DNA of 64,000 nt from Bdellovibrionota bacterium (GCA_041739995.1 JBGSMV010000016.1:11650-75649), one strand, 5' to 3'; shown: positions 49,965-64,000, numbered from the stretch's first letter. The notes: generated by a model from the sequence alone, not told the origin. Numbers and translations are program-made.

Positions 49965-51149
49965 CTATAATATTGGCTGTCGAGCAACTGCAGTTTCGGG
50001 AAACGAATCTGCATGGGCAACCGCTGCTGAAATTGCGCTGTCGAACTCGCTGGCGCCAAATCTCCACAGACGTGCAATTGAGAAGTTAGCGAAGAACACT
50101 TTTATGGTATCGAGTGACTTCCAAAAATTTTCAGAGAACTTCTCAGTGAATGTTGGCGCTCGTTGTTGGGACTCGCTCTCGTCCTTTAGTGATCGGTGCG
50201 CTTTAAACAGAAACTGAGAGCCGTTCAAAATAGTGGCTTTTACTTCGTTATTTGGATTGTTGGACTGTGGTCCGTCATGATGAAGATAGTAGCTAAGCTC
50301 GAAGAGTCGAAAGAGACGCTCGGTTCCGTCAGCCCCCTGGAGCTGTGGGCCGACGCGTCTCTCATAATTATACAAGTAGTGCGCAACTCCTGCTTCAGCA
50401 TTTCTCCAAGGATCCATGCAATCTGATTGTGGAAGCGCGAAGGTCTCTCCAGTTGCTTTTACAAACTGAAACAGCCCACAAGCAGTGGTAGTTGATGCGC
50501 GAGCCATTGGGTTGAATCCGGATTCAATATCGGCGATTGCAAGCAGTACCGCTTGATCGTCGATTGAAAGCCCTGCCTTCCTCGAGTGAAACAGAATCGC
50601 CCTTACCGATTCGCGTTGCGCCCAGACCGGCGCACCGACTCGTAGAAACTCTCTAGTGGATCCGCGGTTGACCTCATCAGAGTCGTACTCTCTGGTAAAT
50701 CGCGAGCCTTCAATAACTTTATCAATCGTCTGGTCGGAGATTTTGCCAAGAATCATCTGGGAATGAATCTCAGAACCTGTGACCACCACAAGTGCCAGTA
50801 GTACCACCATGCTGATGTTGAGAAGTACATGAAGCGGATGCTTCACCCCGTACCAGCACATGCCCTTGGTAAGAAACCAGAGGAGAGAAAGTGAGCTCGC
50901 AATAGTGAGAGAGAAAAAGCGGAGAAAATCTGAAAGCGGAGTGCTCTGGGGTAGGGGTTCAACGCGAATATGTTCTTCGACAACGGCATCAGAGTCGACC
51001 ACTACTATGTGGTTAGTAGGGAGCGTCTGGGAGTCTGCGGCTTGGGCGCTCTCCGCTGAATTACTTTGCGCAGAATGACTCGGCGCAGAAGACACCTCCT
51101 CCGATCTCGCCTCCGGGCGACTTCGCTCAAGCTTTACTACATTGCTCAT
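49965..51149 (-). CDS. Membrane-anchored lytic transglycosylase (SLT domain)
   Basis: IESGFNP.A, ACGLFQF and DPWRNAEAG motifs; SD AGGAG. Confidence 0.85.
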   Translation of the reverse strand: MSNVVKLERSRPEARSEEVSSAPSHSAQSNSAESAQAADSQTLPTNHIVVVDSDAVVEEHIRVEPLPQSTPLSDFLRFFSLTIASSLSLLWFLTKGMCWYGVKHPLHVLLNISMVVLLALVVVTGSEIHSQMILGKISDQTIDKVIEGSRFTREYDSDEVNRGSTREFLRVGAPVWAQRESVRAILFHSRKAGLSIDDQAVLLAIADIESGFNPMARASTTTACGLFQFVKATGETFALPQSDCMDPWRNAEAGVAHYLYNYERRVGPQLQGADGTERLFRLFELSYYLHHDGPQSNNPNNEVKATILNGSQFLFKAHRSLKDESESQQRAPTFTEKFSENFWKSLDTIKVFFANFSIARLWRFGASEFDSAISAAVAHADSFPETAVARQPIL

Positions 51150-51481
51150 ATGCCTGCTCCTAACTCCCTGCTCGTCGTTATCGCGAGACTCGAGCGGCGC
51201 GTATCAGAGAAATTCGGAGCAGGGCGCCAACTATCTGGATATACAATGAAAAATTTCAGAGCCACCAAGGTCTGAACGCCAAGTCACATTAATTTATGAC
51301 GGGGTATCTAGAGATGGGCTCTCTGTGACTTGGGGGCGGGTATGGGACTGGCCCCCATAGTCGCTCCAGCCTAATTATGCGCATTTGAGCTCGATCAGCC
51401 CAAAACGAAAGCTCGTAGCTCATATGAGCGGCTATTTGCTGGTGCGTGACGGAACCCTCCCTCTGCAGATATAGTAGCCCT

Positions 51482-52324
51482 ATGCGAGATGAACGTCTTA
51501 CTCGAATTGCGCTAAAGGAGCGCCTTTACCGACGGCGTTTTTTGGTACCGAATGCGGTGACGCTCGCGAACATGTTCTGTGGGTTCCTTGCTTGCTTGTA
51601 TGCGTCTCAAGGAAAGTTTGAAAAAGCGGCGCTCGCGATAGGGTTTGCCATTCTACTGGACGGGCTTGATGGCAGAGTTGCCAGAAAGCTTAAGGCAACG
51701 TCCAAGTTTGGACTTGAGTTCGATTCATTCTCAGACCTGACCTCGTTTGGAATCGCCCCAGCTATTCTGATTTACCATTGGAGCTTGAAGCCGGTCGCGG
51801 ATCAGTTTGGCGTCTTTATTTGTTTCATTTATGCGGTATGCGCGGCGAGTCGTCTGGCGCGCTTTAACATCGCAGATCAAAACATGAAATCCTTCACTGG
51901 TCTCCCGACTCCTGGTGCGGCGGCCTTGGTGGGTGCATTAGTAAATTTTGCGCCTGCGATTGGCTCATCAGTGGCGCACGCGGTCGTTGGATCCTGTGTG
52001 ATGGTGAGTCTCGGATTCCTGATGGTCTCGCAGGTTGAGTTCTTCTCGATAAAAACCGTTCAAATGAAGTCGTTCGGCATTTTTGCAAGAATTTTGGTTG
52101 CGGGGTCCATCGCGTTGCTTTGGTATAACTCAGGGGTTGGTTTTCTCGCACTGGCTGGAGTCTATGTACTCAGTGGTCCAATTCAATTTGTCCGAAGTAG
52201 GTATTGGCCTCGACCTCAAGAGGCTGAGTCTTCGCCTGATGGCTTTCATGGCGCATCTGCGCCGACTTCCACGGGCAAAGCCGAGTCCACTGAAAACAAG
52301 CTCACCGAGAGTAATCTGAATTAG
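51482..52324 (+). CDS. pssA: CDP-diacylglycerol--serine O-phosphatidyltransferase
   Basis: PNAVT, DGLDGRVAR, FDSFSD..SFGIAP, RLARFN and FTGLPTP motifs. Confidence 0.93.
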   Translation: MRDERLTRIALKERLYRRRFLVPNAVTLANMFCGFLACLYASQGKFEKAALAIGFAILLDGLDGRVARKLKATSKFGLEFDSFSDLTSFGIAPAILIYHWSLKPVADQFGVFICFIYAVCAASRLARFNIADQNMKSFTGLPTPGAAALVGALVNFAPAIGSSVAHAVVGSCVMVSLGFLMVSQVEFFSIKTVQMKSFGIFARILVAGSIALLWYNSGVGFLALAGVYVLSGPIQFVRSRYWPRPQEAESSPDGFHGASAPTSTGKAESTENKLTESNLN

Positions 52325-52347
52325 CTTCTTGCTACGCGTGCGGTGTT

Positions 52348-53061
52348 TTAGAGCACATTACAGAGCGTTGGTTCCTCTGAAGTAGCGGGAGGGGGAAGGA
52401 CGACTTGAGGCACAAATTCGTGCAAGCCGCTCAGTTGGTAGATGTAGACGGGGGAGAGGTTCCGATATTCTATCGATTTCTGAGAAAGATGTCGGTTGAA
52501 GAGTTGTTTAAAGAAGCGATCTAACTCCTTTGCTCGGCGTCGATGCTCATCGGTGGTGAAAATCGTACCAAGCGACCGCAGCCACATGTATTCATAATAC
52601 GTCATCTCGGTGCCTTGATGGCTCAGAGACGCGATTCGAGAAAATACCTGCTGGACGATTGGGACGCTAAGGTTGTTGAAAGGGATGGCGCATACAATTA
52701 AGTCGAACTGACCACAGTCATGAGGCAGATCTTGGATTGGACAGTTGAAAAATGAAATGCGGTCTTCGTTGCGCTTGAAGTCAACATTCCGAGCGAAGCG
52801 CGACTTCAACGTCTTAATGAAGCGACTATTCATTTCACAGAGGTGGAGCGTATCCTGGGGTCCCATGTGTTTTAGAATGTGAACCGTGACGGCGCCGGTC
52901 CCTGGGCCGATTTCCAGAATCCGAAGCGCACGCGATCCTGAGTTTTGAACGATGGGGGAGATTAGAATTTTTGAAGCCCAGCGCGAGGTGGGAAACAGGG
53001 CGCCGGTGGCGCGAATCTCCCTAATCCCTTCAATCAGAAATAATATTCTATCGCGTAACAT
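52348..53061 (-). CDS. SAM-dependent methyltransferase, PmtA/OlsG-like lipid N-methyltransferase
   Basis: TGALFPTS and LEIGPGTGAVT motifs typical of Sinorhizobium-type PmtA. Confidence 0.7.
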   Translation of the reverse strand: MLRDRILFLIEGIREIRATGALFPTSRWASKILISPIVQNSGSRALRILEIGPGTGAVTVHILKHMGPQDTLHLCEMNSRFIKTLKSRFARNVDFKRNEDRISFFNCPIQDLPHDCGQFDLIVCAIPFNNLSVPIVQQVFSRIASLSHQGTEMTYYEYMWLRSLGTIFTTDEHRRRAKELDRFFKQLFNRHLSQKSIEYRNLSPVYIYQLSGLHEFVPQVVLPPPATSEEPTLCNVL

Positions 53062-53369
53062 ACTTAACTTACCGCATGAACTCAGACGTAGTCTCTACGA
53101 AAGAAACAAAAGATTGCAATACCTTTGCTCATCAGGGAACAGCAACATTGCGGTTCGCGCGAAAATAACTCTGCGCTATGCGCAACGATAACTTTGTGCT
53201 TTGCGGAACTGCTACAGGGGGGTAAAGTCCGCCGCAGCCTCTCAGGGGCACATCGTCGCCGAAGCTAGCACGGCTTTTGGTGAAATCGTAAGTTCGGCAC
53301 TGCAAATTTCTTCGAGCAGCAGGGCCTCATAGCGGCATATAAATTTTATTGGCAGGGGAGATATCCACC

Positions 53370-54995
53370 ATGAATACGAGAGCCGAGCTTTGGGACCGAC
53401 TGAAAGAAACCTACTTCTTTGACCAAGAAACCCAGTTTGGATTGGATGTGAGCCATGTAGACGCCGAATCCTCGTGGTGGAGCGGCATGGCGCCCAAGTT
53501 TCAGACGGCCTTTAAGGACATGGCGGAGCTAGAAAAGGGAGCAATCGCGAACCCGGATGAGCAGCGCATGGTCGGGCATTATTGGTTGCGGAATCCAGAG
53601 CTTAGCCCTACTGCGGAGGTTCGTCAGGAGATTGAAGGCGCGCTTGCAAAGATTCTCTCCTTTGCCGGTGACGTGCACTCTGGAGCTATCTCTCCGACGA
53701 TTGGTGACGGGAAAGCCGAGGGGCGCTTTGAATATCTACTGATCGTCGGGATTGGTGGTTCGGCGTTGGGACCTCAGTTTGCGACGAGAGCTCTTGGAGC
53801 ACCTTCAGATCCTCTAAAGCCATTCTTTTTTGACAACACCGATCCTGACGGAATGGCAGGGGTGCTTGGAAGTATTCCGGATCTGAAGAAAACTTTGTGC
53901 GTGGTTATCTCGAAGTCCGGGGGGACTAAAGAGACTCGTAACGGGATGCTTGTCGCCAAGGCCGCCTGGGCCTCTGCTGGAATTCCATACGCAAAGAACT
54001 TTGTAGCGGTTACCGGGGCGGATAGCGAGCTGGACAAGTTTGCGCGCAAGGAGGGATGGCTCGAGCGTTTCCCAATGTGGGATTGGGTTGGGGGGAGAAC
54101 CAGCGAGCTCAGTGCGGTGGGACTACTTCCGGCAGCTTTGCAGGGCTATGACATAATAAAAATGCTTGAGGGGGCGCGTCATATGGATGAGCTCACACGA
54201 AGCCCCAATGTGCAGCGAAATCCTGCAGCTCTGCTTGCGGGGTGTTGGCATTTTCTTGGTGAAGGAAAGGGAACTCGCGCCATGGTGGTGTTGCCCTATA
54301 GCGATCGTCTTGAGCTATTCAGCAAATATTTGCAGCAATTGGTGATGGAGAGCCTTGGTAAGGAGAAAGATCTCGCAGGGAAAATAGTCCATCAAGGAAT
54401 TTCTGTTTACGGCAACAAGGGTTCTACGGATCAGCATGCCTACGTACAGCAGCTCAGAGACGGCCTAAATAACTTCTTCGCAGTGTTCATTCATGTACTG
54501 AAAGATCGCTCTGGGAAAACCGATGCGCTTAGGTCTCGGTTTTGTGCCGCAAGTTTTGAGGTCGAGCCGGGCGTGACCTCAAGCGACTACTTGAGTGGTT
54601 TCTTTCAAGGAACTAGGCGCGCTTTATATGAGAGTGGTAGGCAGAGCATCTCAATTCTGGTCAATGAAGTGAACGAGTACAGCGTTGGTCAACTGATTGC
54701 GCTATTTGAGCGAGCGGTCGGGTTCTATGCGAGTTTAGTAGGCATCAATGCGTATCATCAGCCTGGAGTAGAAGCGGGGAAAAAAGCGGCATCAGAGGTG
54801 TTGTCGTTGCAGGCAAAGATGATGAGTGCATTGCGGGATAGCAAGCAGCCGATGAGTGTTGAAGAGATTGCGAAGGTGCTTGGCGATGAGAATGCCGCCG
54901 ACACCGTTTTTCTAACCTTGCGGCATCTTGCAGCCAATGGGCGCGTCAAGCTTGTCGCTGGCGGGGATATCTTTGCTGATAAATATTCGATCTAG
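53370..54995 (+). CDS. pgi: Glucose-6-phosphate isomerase
   Basis: [32 protein letters not shown] and [10 protein letters not shown] motifs. Confidence 0.97.
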   Translation: MNTRAELWDRLKETYFFDQETQFGLDVSHVDAESSWWSGMAPKFQTAFKDMAELEKGAIANPDEQRMVGHYWLRNPELSPTAEVRQEIEGALAKILSFAGDVHSGAISPTIGDGKAEGRFEYLLIVGIGGSALGPQFATRALGAPSDPLKPFFFDNTDPDGMAGVLGSIPDLKKTLCVVISKSGGTKETRNGMLVAKAAWASAGIPYAKNFVAVTGADSELDKFARKEGWLERFPMWDWVGGRTSELSAVGLLPAALQGYDIIKMLEGARHMDELTRSPNVQRNPAALLAGCWHFLGEGKGTRAMVVLPYSDRLELFSKYLQQLVMESLGKEKDLAGKIVHQGISVYGNKGSTDQHAYVQQLRDGLNNFFAVFIHVLKDRSGKTDALRSRFCAASFEVEPGVTSSDYLSGFFQGTRRALYESGRQSISILVNEVNEYSVGQLIALFERAVGFYASLVGINAYHQPGVEAGKKAASEVLSLQAKMMSALRDSKQPMSVEEIAKVLGDENAADTVFLTLRHLAANGRVKLVAGGDIFADKYSI

Positions 54996-55434
54996 TGCCA
55001 GGGTGCGCTTTTACAATCCCTGCGATTCGCCGTGGCGGCTCACGATCGGGCATGGTCCCTCGAGTTAATGATTCGATGAACCATTCTCGCCGCGCTCGCT
55101 GCTCTCTTTGTGAATATATTTAATGAATTACACAAGGAGTTCAGCGAGAACAACGAGAAATATACTTAAATGAACCTCCAACTCATAACACTAGAATCGA
55201 GGGGCTAGGTCTGTCGGGGCTCGCGTGAGCTCCCTAGCGCTAAGTGGCTAGACGGGTGTCACAGTGTTTTTTCTCTTCCGCCAGCGACACCCCTGCGAAA
55301 ACCTCACCCCTTCTAATGCCGTTTGATTTTCAAGACTTAAGTCTGATGTTTGAAGTGACGAATCTCTTGTCGTTATAGACTTAATAGAGGCCCCTTTAGA
55401 ATTTCCAGGTTTCTAGCAAGCGAGTGCTGCGAGC

Positions 55435-56187
55435 ATGGCTGACATCGATCGCATCTTGGACTCCCTGGACCCAAAGTCGGGTCGTTCAACATTGGGAGTC
55501 AACTTCAAATCCTCCCCGGTATTGTGGGTGCTGTGTGGGTTGCTCGTTGTTGTTGCGGCCGGCGCGAGCCTCGCGCTGAATATTGCTTCACACGCGCCTG
55601 AAGCGGAGGCGTCAAAAGCTGATGCTGGTTCTGCCTCGATTCTGTGGGGAACGCTATTGCACGAAGCACCGGCATGCGTGCTTTACGATGGTCGAGAAGC
55701 TTTTAAAACTGCTGACGGACGTAGTCTCGCGCTTTTCGCGGCGGCTCGCTACGACTGTCCAGATCTGGCTAGGGCGCTGTTGGCAAAGGGGGTGGATCTT
55801 GAGGAACGACATTTCGTAAATGGCGAGGTGCTGACGATCGAGGATTATGCCGCTCAGTTTGGGGCGATTGAAGTGATTCGAGCGATACTCGACGAACGTA
55901 AGAAGGTAGACGCAGAGAACCAGTTAATGCTCGATAAAAAGAAGCAAGAAAAGGATCAAGAGCTGTTGCAAGCAACGCAGCGCGAGCAGCAACTACACGC
56001 AATTCTGGCCGAAGATGCCGAGCTCAGAAAATCAATTTTCTACGACCGAGCCAGGCTCGAATGCGAGGTGCTAAAGGAGAAGCTTGGTTTCAGTGCGCGC
56101 AACTTTCGTATGAATGATTGTATCCGGCAAGAAGTCGAGCGACGGCGTGTTGCGAGAGAAGAGCTCGGACACAGAGTGCCAGGCTAG
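55435..56187 (+). CDS. Membrane-anchored protein with ankyrin-like repeats and a coiled coil
   Basis: A TM segment, DGRSLALFAAA...LLAKGVD, and YAAQFGAIEVIRAIL. Confidence 0.55.
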   Translation: MADIDRILDSLDPKSGRSTLGVNFKSSPVLWVLCGLLVVVAAGASLALNIASHAPEAEASKADAGSASILWGTLLHEAPACVLYDGREAFKTADGRSLALFAAARYDCPDLARALLAKGVDLEERHFVNGEVLTIEDYAAQFGAIEVIRAILDERKKVDAENQLMLDKKKQEKDQELLQATQREQQLHAILAEDAELRKSIFYDRARLECEVLKEKLGFSARNFRMNDCIRQEVERRRVAREELGHRVPG

Positions 56188-56283
56188 GAGTCTGTGACTT
56201 AGGCGCTGTGACATAGGCACAGGTGAGCGAAGGCGGACCCTCATAAGCAGGGGTGCATCACTGACCTATAAAGCACTCAGAGC

Positions 56284-57462
56284 CTATTTTTGCGCAGTAT
56301 CAATTATAAGCCGAGCGGTTCTTTCGGCCGATGTCTGACAGCCACTAAAGAGCTCAAGTGGATCGGGACTGCCAAGAGCACTCCGAACTTCTGCGAATCC
56401 ACGTAACAGACAAGAACGCCGCGTTTCATCGAAGAGCAGCTCAGTTGCCTCGTTAGCGAGTGCCTCGGGAGTGGCGAAATCTTGCAGTAGCTCACGCACT
56501 GTTCCAGGGCGAATCACGTTTACAATCGAGAATTCTTTTATTTTTACGAAGTGAGTCACGACGAATTCCGACAGCGCAGAGCTTTTGAAAAACATACTGA
56601 ATGGCATGTCGAGAAAGGCTGCTTGCAGATTCGAGGTCCCTGATTTCAGCAGTGCGGCGTCACCGTACCTAAGGAGGTCAAGCGATCGTCCTTCGATTGC
56701 AGATAGCGTCACTTTTGACGAAGAAAGCGACTCTCTTACCTTGTGAGCGACGGCTGGAGCTACTCCGAGACAAATCTGAACCTCAGGGTGTCGGCGCTCA
56801 AGACGTCGCGCAGTCTCGATCGCGACTGGTAGTAGTCGAGAAATTTCCGAGCTACGACTTCCGGGGAAAATGGTGAGTAGTTTGCGTGTGCCATCGAGCG
56901 AGAATTCGTTGAAGAACGAATCGCGCATGGAATCATCTGGGTCGATATGTTTGGCAAGAGTATCGGAGAACGGATGCCCCACAAAAATAGCTCGGTCGTA
57001 TCCGCCTTCGCTGAAAATCGCTGGTTCGAAGGGGAAGATAACCGCGGCGCGATCAATGTAGCGTGAAAAGAGTTGGATGCGACTGCGTCGCCAAGCCCAC
57101 ACTTGCGGCGTGATGTAGTACAGTACTTTGATTCCAAGGGCGTGCGCGCGTTTGGCGAGTCGAAGATTGAAATCCGCGTAGTCGACGAGCACCAGAATGT
57201 CCGGCTTCCAGCTCGTTAGCAGCGCGGTCATTGTCGTAAAAGTTTGATAGACACTGCGTGCGGCGAGAGCGACTTCAACGAAGCCCATCAAGGAGCCGTG
57301 TCGCTCGCAATCTACTACTGTTTGGCAGCCCAGTTCGCGAACCGAACGTCCACCCATACCGCGCGCCTCGTACGAGGTGGTCTTGCCCAGGGCGTCTAGC
57401 ACTCGAGCTAGGTGCTCGTCCCCAGACGGTTCGCCTGCGCTAAATGCAACTTTCAAACTCAC
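56284..57462 (-). CDS. lpxB: Lipid-A-disaccharide synthase
   Basis: AGEPSGD, DYADFN, PQVWAWR, FPFE, FVGHP, PGSRSSE and SGT motifs. Confidence 0.95.
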   Translation of the reverse strand: MSLKVAFSAGEPSGDEHLARVLDALGKTTSYEARGMGGRSVRELGCQTVVDCERHGSLMGFVEVALAARSVYQTFTTMTALLTSWKPDILVLVDYADFNLRLAKRAHALGIKVLYYITPQVWAWRRSRIQLFSRYIDRAAVIFPFEPAIFSEGGYDRAIFVGHPFSDTLAKHIDPDDSMRDSFFNEFSLDGTRKLLTIFPGSRSSEISRLLPVAIETARRLERRHPEVQICLGVAPAVAHKVRESLSSSKVTLSAIEGRSLDLLRYGDAALLKSGTSNLQAAFLDMPFSMFFKSSALSEFVVTHFVKIKEFSIVNVIRPGTVRELLQDFATPEALANEATELLFDETRRSCLLRGFAEVRSALGSPDPLELFSGCQTSAERTARLIIDTAQK

Positions 57463-57690
57463 TGGGCGGGCCTCAAAGGCGGTAAAAACTCAATATTAAC
57501 GCAGTGTTAGGCTCTCATCGAGATACAGACAGGTCCATTTGCGACTCTCTGGCGTATGAGGCCTTCAATGCGCTATGGTGTCCGAACGCCGTCCACCGGT
57601 CAGTCTACTCGAACACAAGGGTAGCCATGTGGCGAGGCGGAGACTCTCAGAAGCTGAAAAAATTTTTTCAGTTAAAAGCACCGCGATCGC

Positions 57691-57718
57691 TTGCTTTTGA
57701 TGGGAGGATCCATATTAT
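57691..57718 (+). promoter_or_regulatory. Putative sigma70 rRNA operon promoter
   Basis: TTGCTT-N16-TATTAT with an AT-rich UP-like tract upstream and a C-rich discriminator. Confidence 0.55.
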
Positions 57719-58223
57719 CCCCGAACTCCAAAGTTTGGGGGTGCTGTGCGATCAGCGCAAGATACAAAAGTTACCTAGATAGCTAGAGTTGCTCGACTTG
57801 AGTTTCTCAAGAAGAAGCTGCTTTTAGCTGTCGGCCGGTACAGGAAGTTCGGTGTGAGGTAGCAGAAAGTAGACTTGAGCTGAATCGCTGTTTTTTATTC
57901 TGGCTTTTGAAGTCAGGGTTTTTGTTTCTCAACGACGGTTTTTCAAAATCGGGTTTTTCAAAAAATTGGGGCCAAGCTTAAGTGCGGCCATGGGTAGAAG
58001 CTGCTCAGCGAAGTTTGCATATGATTTTTCATACTGCAGATTTCGATACATATTATATTCCGTCAATTACAGGATCTTTGAGTATACAAGATCATACTTT
58101 TACTGTTTTTCAGTGCTGCTGTTTTACAGTTCGCTGATCTGCGGTGAGAGTTGATGCTCGTTGAAGTCGAGCTTTTTGCTTCGATTTCGATTCGGGTGGA
58201 TTTGGTCAGTATAAATTTATTTT

Positions 58224-59740
<1,517 letters not shown>

Positions 59741-60556
59741 TAAGGAAAGTGAATCCGTGATGGAACCTGAAAGGGTTCCTATATTCGGACATATTCACGG
59801 ACCTTAGGTAAGACATCCGAAAGGACGAGGCTTGAGGAGCCTTAACGACGAAATTATTTGTATCACTGAGCAGTTTCTATCGATGGTCTCTGTTTATGGG
59901 TCCATTAAAAATTTACTTTTGAGTAGAAGAGCTCTCTTCATTCTGAATGTTATCAATTCACCTGCGCGCAAGCGTATGTGGATATCAGAATGGGAAAATT
60001 ATATTCCGCTTGGGAATGGTTGGTGTTCGCTGTCGAGAGTTTTCTCTTGCGGTGCGCGACAATATTACCCCAGCGTGAATCTGAGTCATTATTCTCAAGT
60101 GCATTGACATTAATCGAAAGTAAATCTGTAACGATGAAGTGCATCCGTAAGGATGTGCAACATCTGACATTGATATTGCTGATAAAGTAGGCGCTCATGT
60201 TATCTGGAATCCTCACAGCAGTGAGGATCTCTGGAAACTAAGAATTCTGCGGGGAAGAAATTCTCCGTGGAACGTTGCTCAAGTTTTTTAAGAAAAAACT
60301 TAAGCTTTTAAGGGTGCACGGTGGATGCCTTGGCAGTGGAAGGCGATGAAGGACGTTGTATGGCTGCGAAAAGCCTCGGTTAGCCGCCAAACAGGCTTTG
60401 ACCCGGGGATGTCCGAATGGGGAAACCTGACCGTAAGGTCGTCTCGAAAGAGAAGCTAACGTGGGGAATTGAAAAATCTTAGTACCCACAGGAAAAGAAA
60501 TCGGAAGAGATTCCCTCAGTAGTGCGAGCGAACAGGGAAGAGCCTAAACCTGAGGA

Positions 60557-60700
60557 GCATTGATGTCCGAGCGGCGCGAAGCGTTGCGAGGACTCCGCCA
60601 AAGTCCGCGAAGCGGACGACGGCGAGTTGTTCCTCCTGAATGAAGAGCTCGACTTCGCAAAGCTAAGCTTTGCTTCGTCGGAGCCCTTCGTCGCATTGAT
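60557..60700 (+). mobile_element. 128-bp palindromic insertion with an 8-bp direct repeat inside 23S domain I
   Basis: GCATTGAT at 60557-60564 and 60693-60700; removing the insert and one repeat restores a perfect 20-bp hairpin. Confidence 0.6.
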
Positions 60701-60871
60701 AACCATCGGTTATCAATGCTCCTCAGGGGTTGTAGGACGTATAATAAAGCAGACTCGAGTTGGTAGCTGAACCCAGTTGGAAAGCTGGAGCATAGAAGGT
60801 GATACTCCTGTAAGCGAAACTAACAAAAGCTGTGAATACGTTCCTGAGTACTACGGGACACTTGAAATCCT

Positions 60872-60911
<40 letters not shown>

Positions 60912-62394
60912 TCCACTGACCGATAGCGAACTAGTACCGTGAGGGAAAGGTGAAAAGAAGCCCGATAAGGGTAGAGAAAAGATCCTGAAACCGTGCATCT
61001 ACAAGCAGTCGAAGATCCGTTTCGTCTTCGGACGAACGATCGACGGCGTACCTTTTGTATCATGAACCAGCGAGTTACGCCTCAGTAGCGTTTAGGTTAA
61101 GCCGTAAGGTGGAGCCGCAGCGAAAGCGAGTCTTAAAAGGGCGTTAGTTACTGGGGGTAGACCCGAAGCCAGTGTGATCTACTCATGATCAGGATGAAGC
61201 CAGGATAACACCTGGTGGAGGTCCGAACCGGTGGGAGTTAAAAATCCTTCGGATGAATTGTGGGTAGGGGTGAAAGGCTAATCAAACCTGGCGATAGCTG
61301 GTTCTCCTCGAAAGATATTTAGGTATCGTCTCGGACAATATATTTAGTGGGGGTAGAGCACTGATTGGACTAGGGGCCCTACCAGGCTACCAAACCCAGA
61401 TAGTCTCCGAATACCACTAAAGTCAGAATCCGGGAAACAGTTGACGGGTGATAAGGTCCGTTAGCGAAAGGGAAAGAGCCCAGACCATCAGCTAAGGTCC
61501 CAAAGTACATGCTAAGTGGAAAAGGAAGTGAGTGGACTCTGCCAGCTAGGAGGTTGGCTTAGAAGCAGCCATCCTTTAAAGAAAGCGTAACAGCTCACTA
61601 GTCAAGTCCGCTCGCGCCGAAGATTCAACGGGGCTAAGCATGTCACCGAAGCTATGGATTTATTGATCCTTCGGGATCAAGGAATGGTAGAGGAGCGTTC
61701 CCTGCTGCGTTGAAGCGTGATCGAAAGGACACGTGGAGCGCAGGGAAGTGAGTATGCTGGTATAAGTAACGATAAAAAGAGTGAAAATCTCTTTCGCCGA
61801 AAGTCTAAGGTTTCCTGGGCTAGGGCAATCCTCCCAGGGTAAGCCGGATCCTAAGACGAGGCCGAAAGGCGTAGTCGATGGAAAACAGGTTAATATTCCG
61901 TGCCAATTAGTGGCATTTGAACGAAGGGGAGACGGAGAAGGGTAGGTATTGCGTCATTGTGGTTCGACGTCTAAGCCCGTAGGGAGTCAAGATAGGCAAA
62001 TCCGTTTTGACATATCCCGAGAAGCGAATGTGAGCGAAGGGGCAACCCGGAGCAAAATGTATTGATCCCATGCTTCCAAGAAAATCCTCGTAGTGAGTCA
62101 CAAAATTGTCCGTACTTCAAACCGACACAGGTAGACTGGTAGAGAATACCAAGGCGCTTGAGAGAACCGTCCTTAAGGAACTTAACACATTGCCACCGTA
62201 ACTTCGGGAGAAGGTGGGCCTTTGATGGTGAAGGATGCACATCCGGAGCTGTTGAGGGTCGCAGATGGCAGGGGGTAGCGACTGTTTAGCAAAAACACAG
62301 GGCTCTGCAAATTCGCAAGAAGATGTATAGGGTCTGACGCGTGCCCGGTGCCGGAAGGTTAAGGTGAGTGGTCAGCGCAAGCGAAGCTACGAAC

Positions 62395-63351
<957 letters not shown>

Positions 63352-63612
63352 GCGTAACGACTTCCCCATTGTCTCAAGGACGGACTCAGTGAAATTGAAT
63401 TCTCGGTAAAAATGCCGAGTTGCCGCAGAAAGACGAAAAGACCCCGTGCACCTTTACTATACCTTTGCTTTGATCCCGGGGACTTTATGTGTAGCATAGG
63501 TGGGAGACTTTGAAGTTCACGCGCTAGCGAGAATGGAGTCAACAGTGAAATACCACCCTTAAAGTCACTGGTTTCTAACCGCGAGAAGTAATCCTTCTCC
63601 GAGACAGAGCAT

Positions 63613-63643
<31 letters not shown>

Positions 63644-63797
63644 CAAAGAGTAACGGAGGCGCGCAATGGTAGGTTCAGCGTGCTTGGAAACCACGCGTTG
63701 AGTGTAAAAGCATAAACCTGCTTGACTGTGAGAGGGACACCTCGAACAGGGACGAAAGTCGGCTTTAGTGATCCGGCGGTTCTGTATGGAAGGGCCG

Positions 63798-63911
<114 letters not shown>

Positions 63912-63912
63912 T

Positions 63913-63995
<83 letters not shown>

Positions 63996-64000
63996 TTCTG

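Noticed and set aside
59741..60297. tRNA-Ile/tRNA-Ala in the ITS
   Set aside because: No cloverleaf or GTTCRA T-loop in a tRNA context was found.

Overview
A 64-kb chromosomal, mostly core-genome window from a diderm bacterium (lpxB and skp present). The gene set and divergent rRNA suggest an uncultured deltaproteobacterial-grade lineage, but this placement is inference only. Housekeeping genes are a topoisomerase IV-like parC-parE pair, tkt, rpiA, fumC, pgi, infC, murI, pssA and lpxB. Envelope and modification genes include several GT-C-type membrane glycosyltransferase-like genes (TIGR03663-like, DUF2298/YYY-like, GT87-like), a DUF6502-DUF5666 Ser-rich exported protein operon, a VKOR-DsbA fusion, and a DUF58-transglutaminase-TPR-MoxR operon followed by a lone VirB2/TrbC-like pilin. 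The window ends in an rRNA operon (16S, tRNA-less ITS, 23S truncated by the window edge). Three non-coding observations stand out: (1) an unannotated ~98-nt sigma54-driven small RNA candidate at 8191-8094 (-) with an exposed anti-Shine-Dalgarno segment; (2) a 128-bp triple-hairpin insertion flanked by 8-bp direct repeats inside 23S domain I; (3) an 871-nt group I intron at 23S position L1917 encoding a LAGLIDADG homing endonuclease. No CRISPR array, prophage or intact IS element was seen. Family names come from motif recognition, not database searches.
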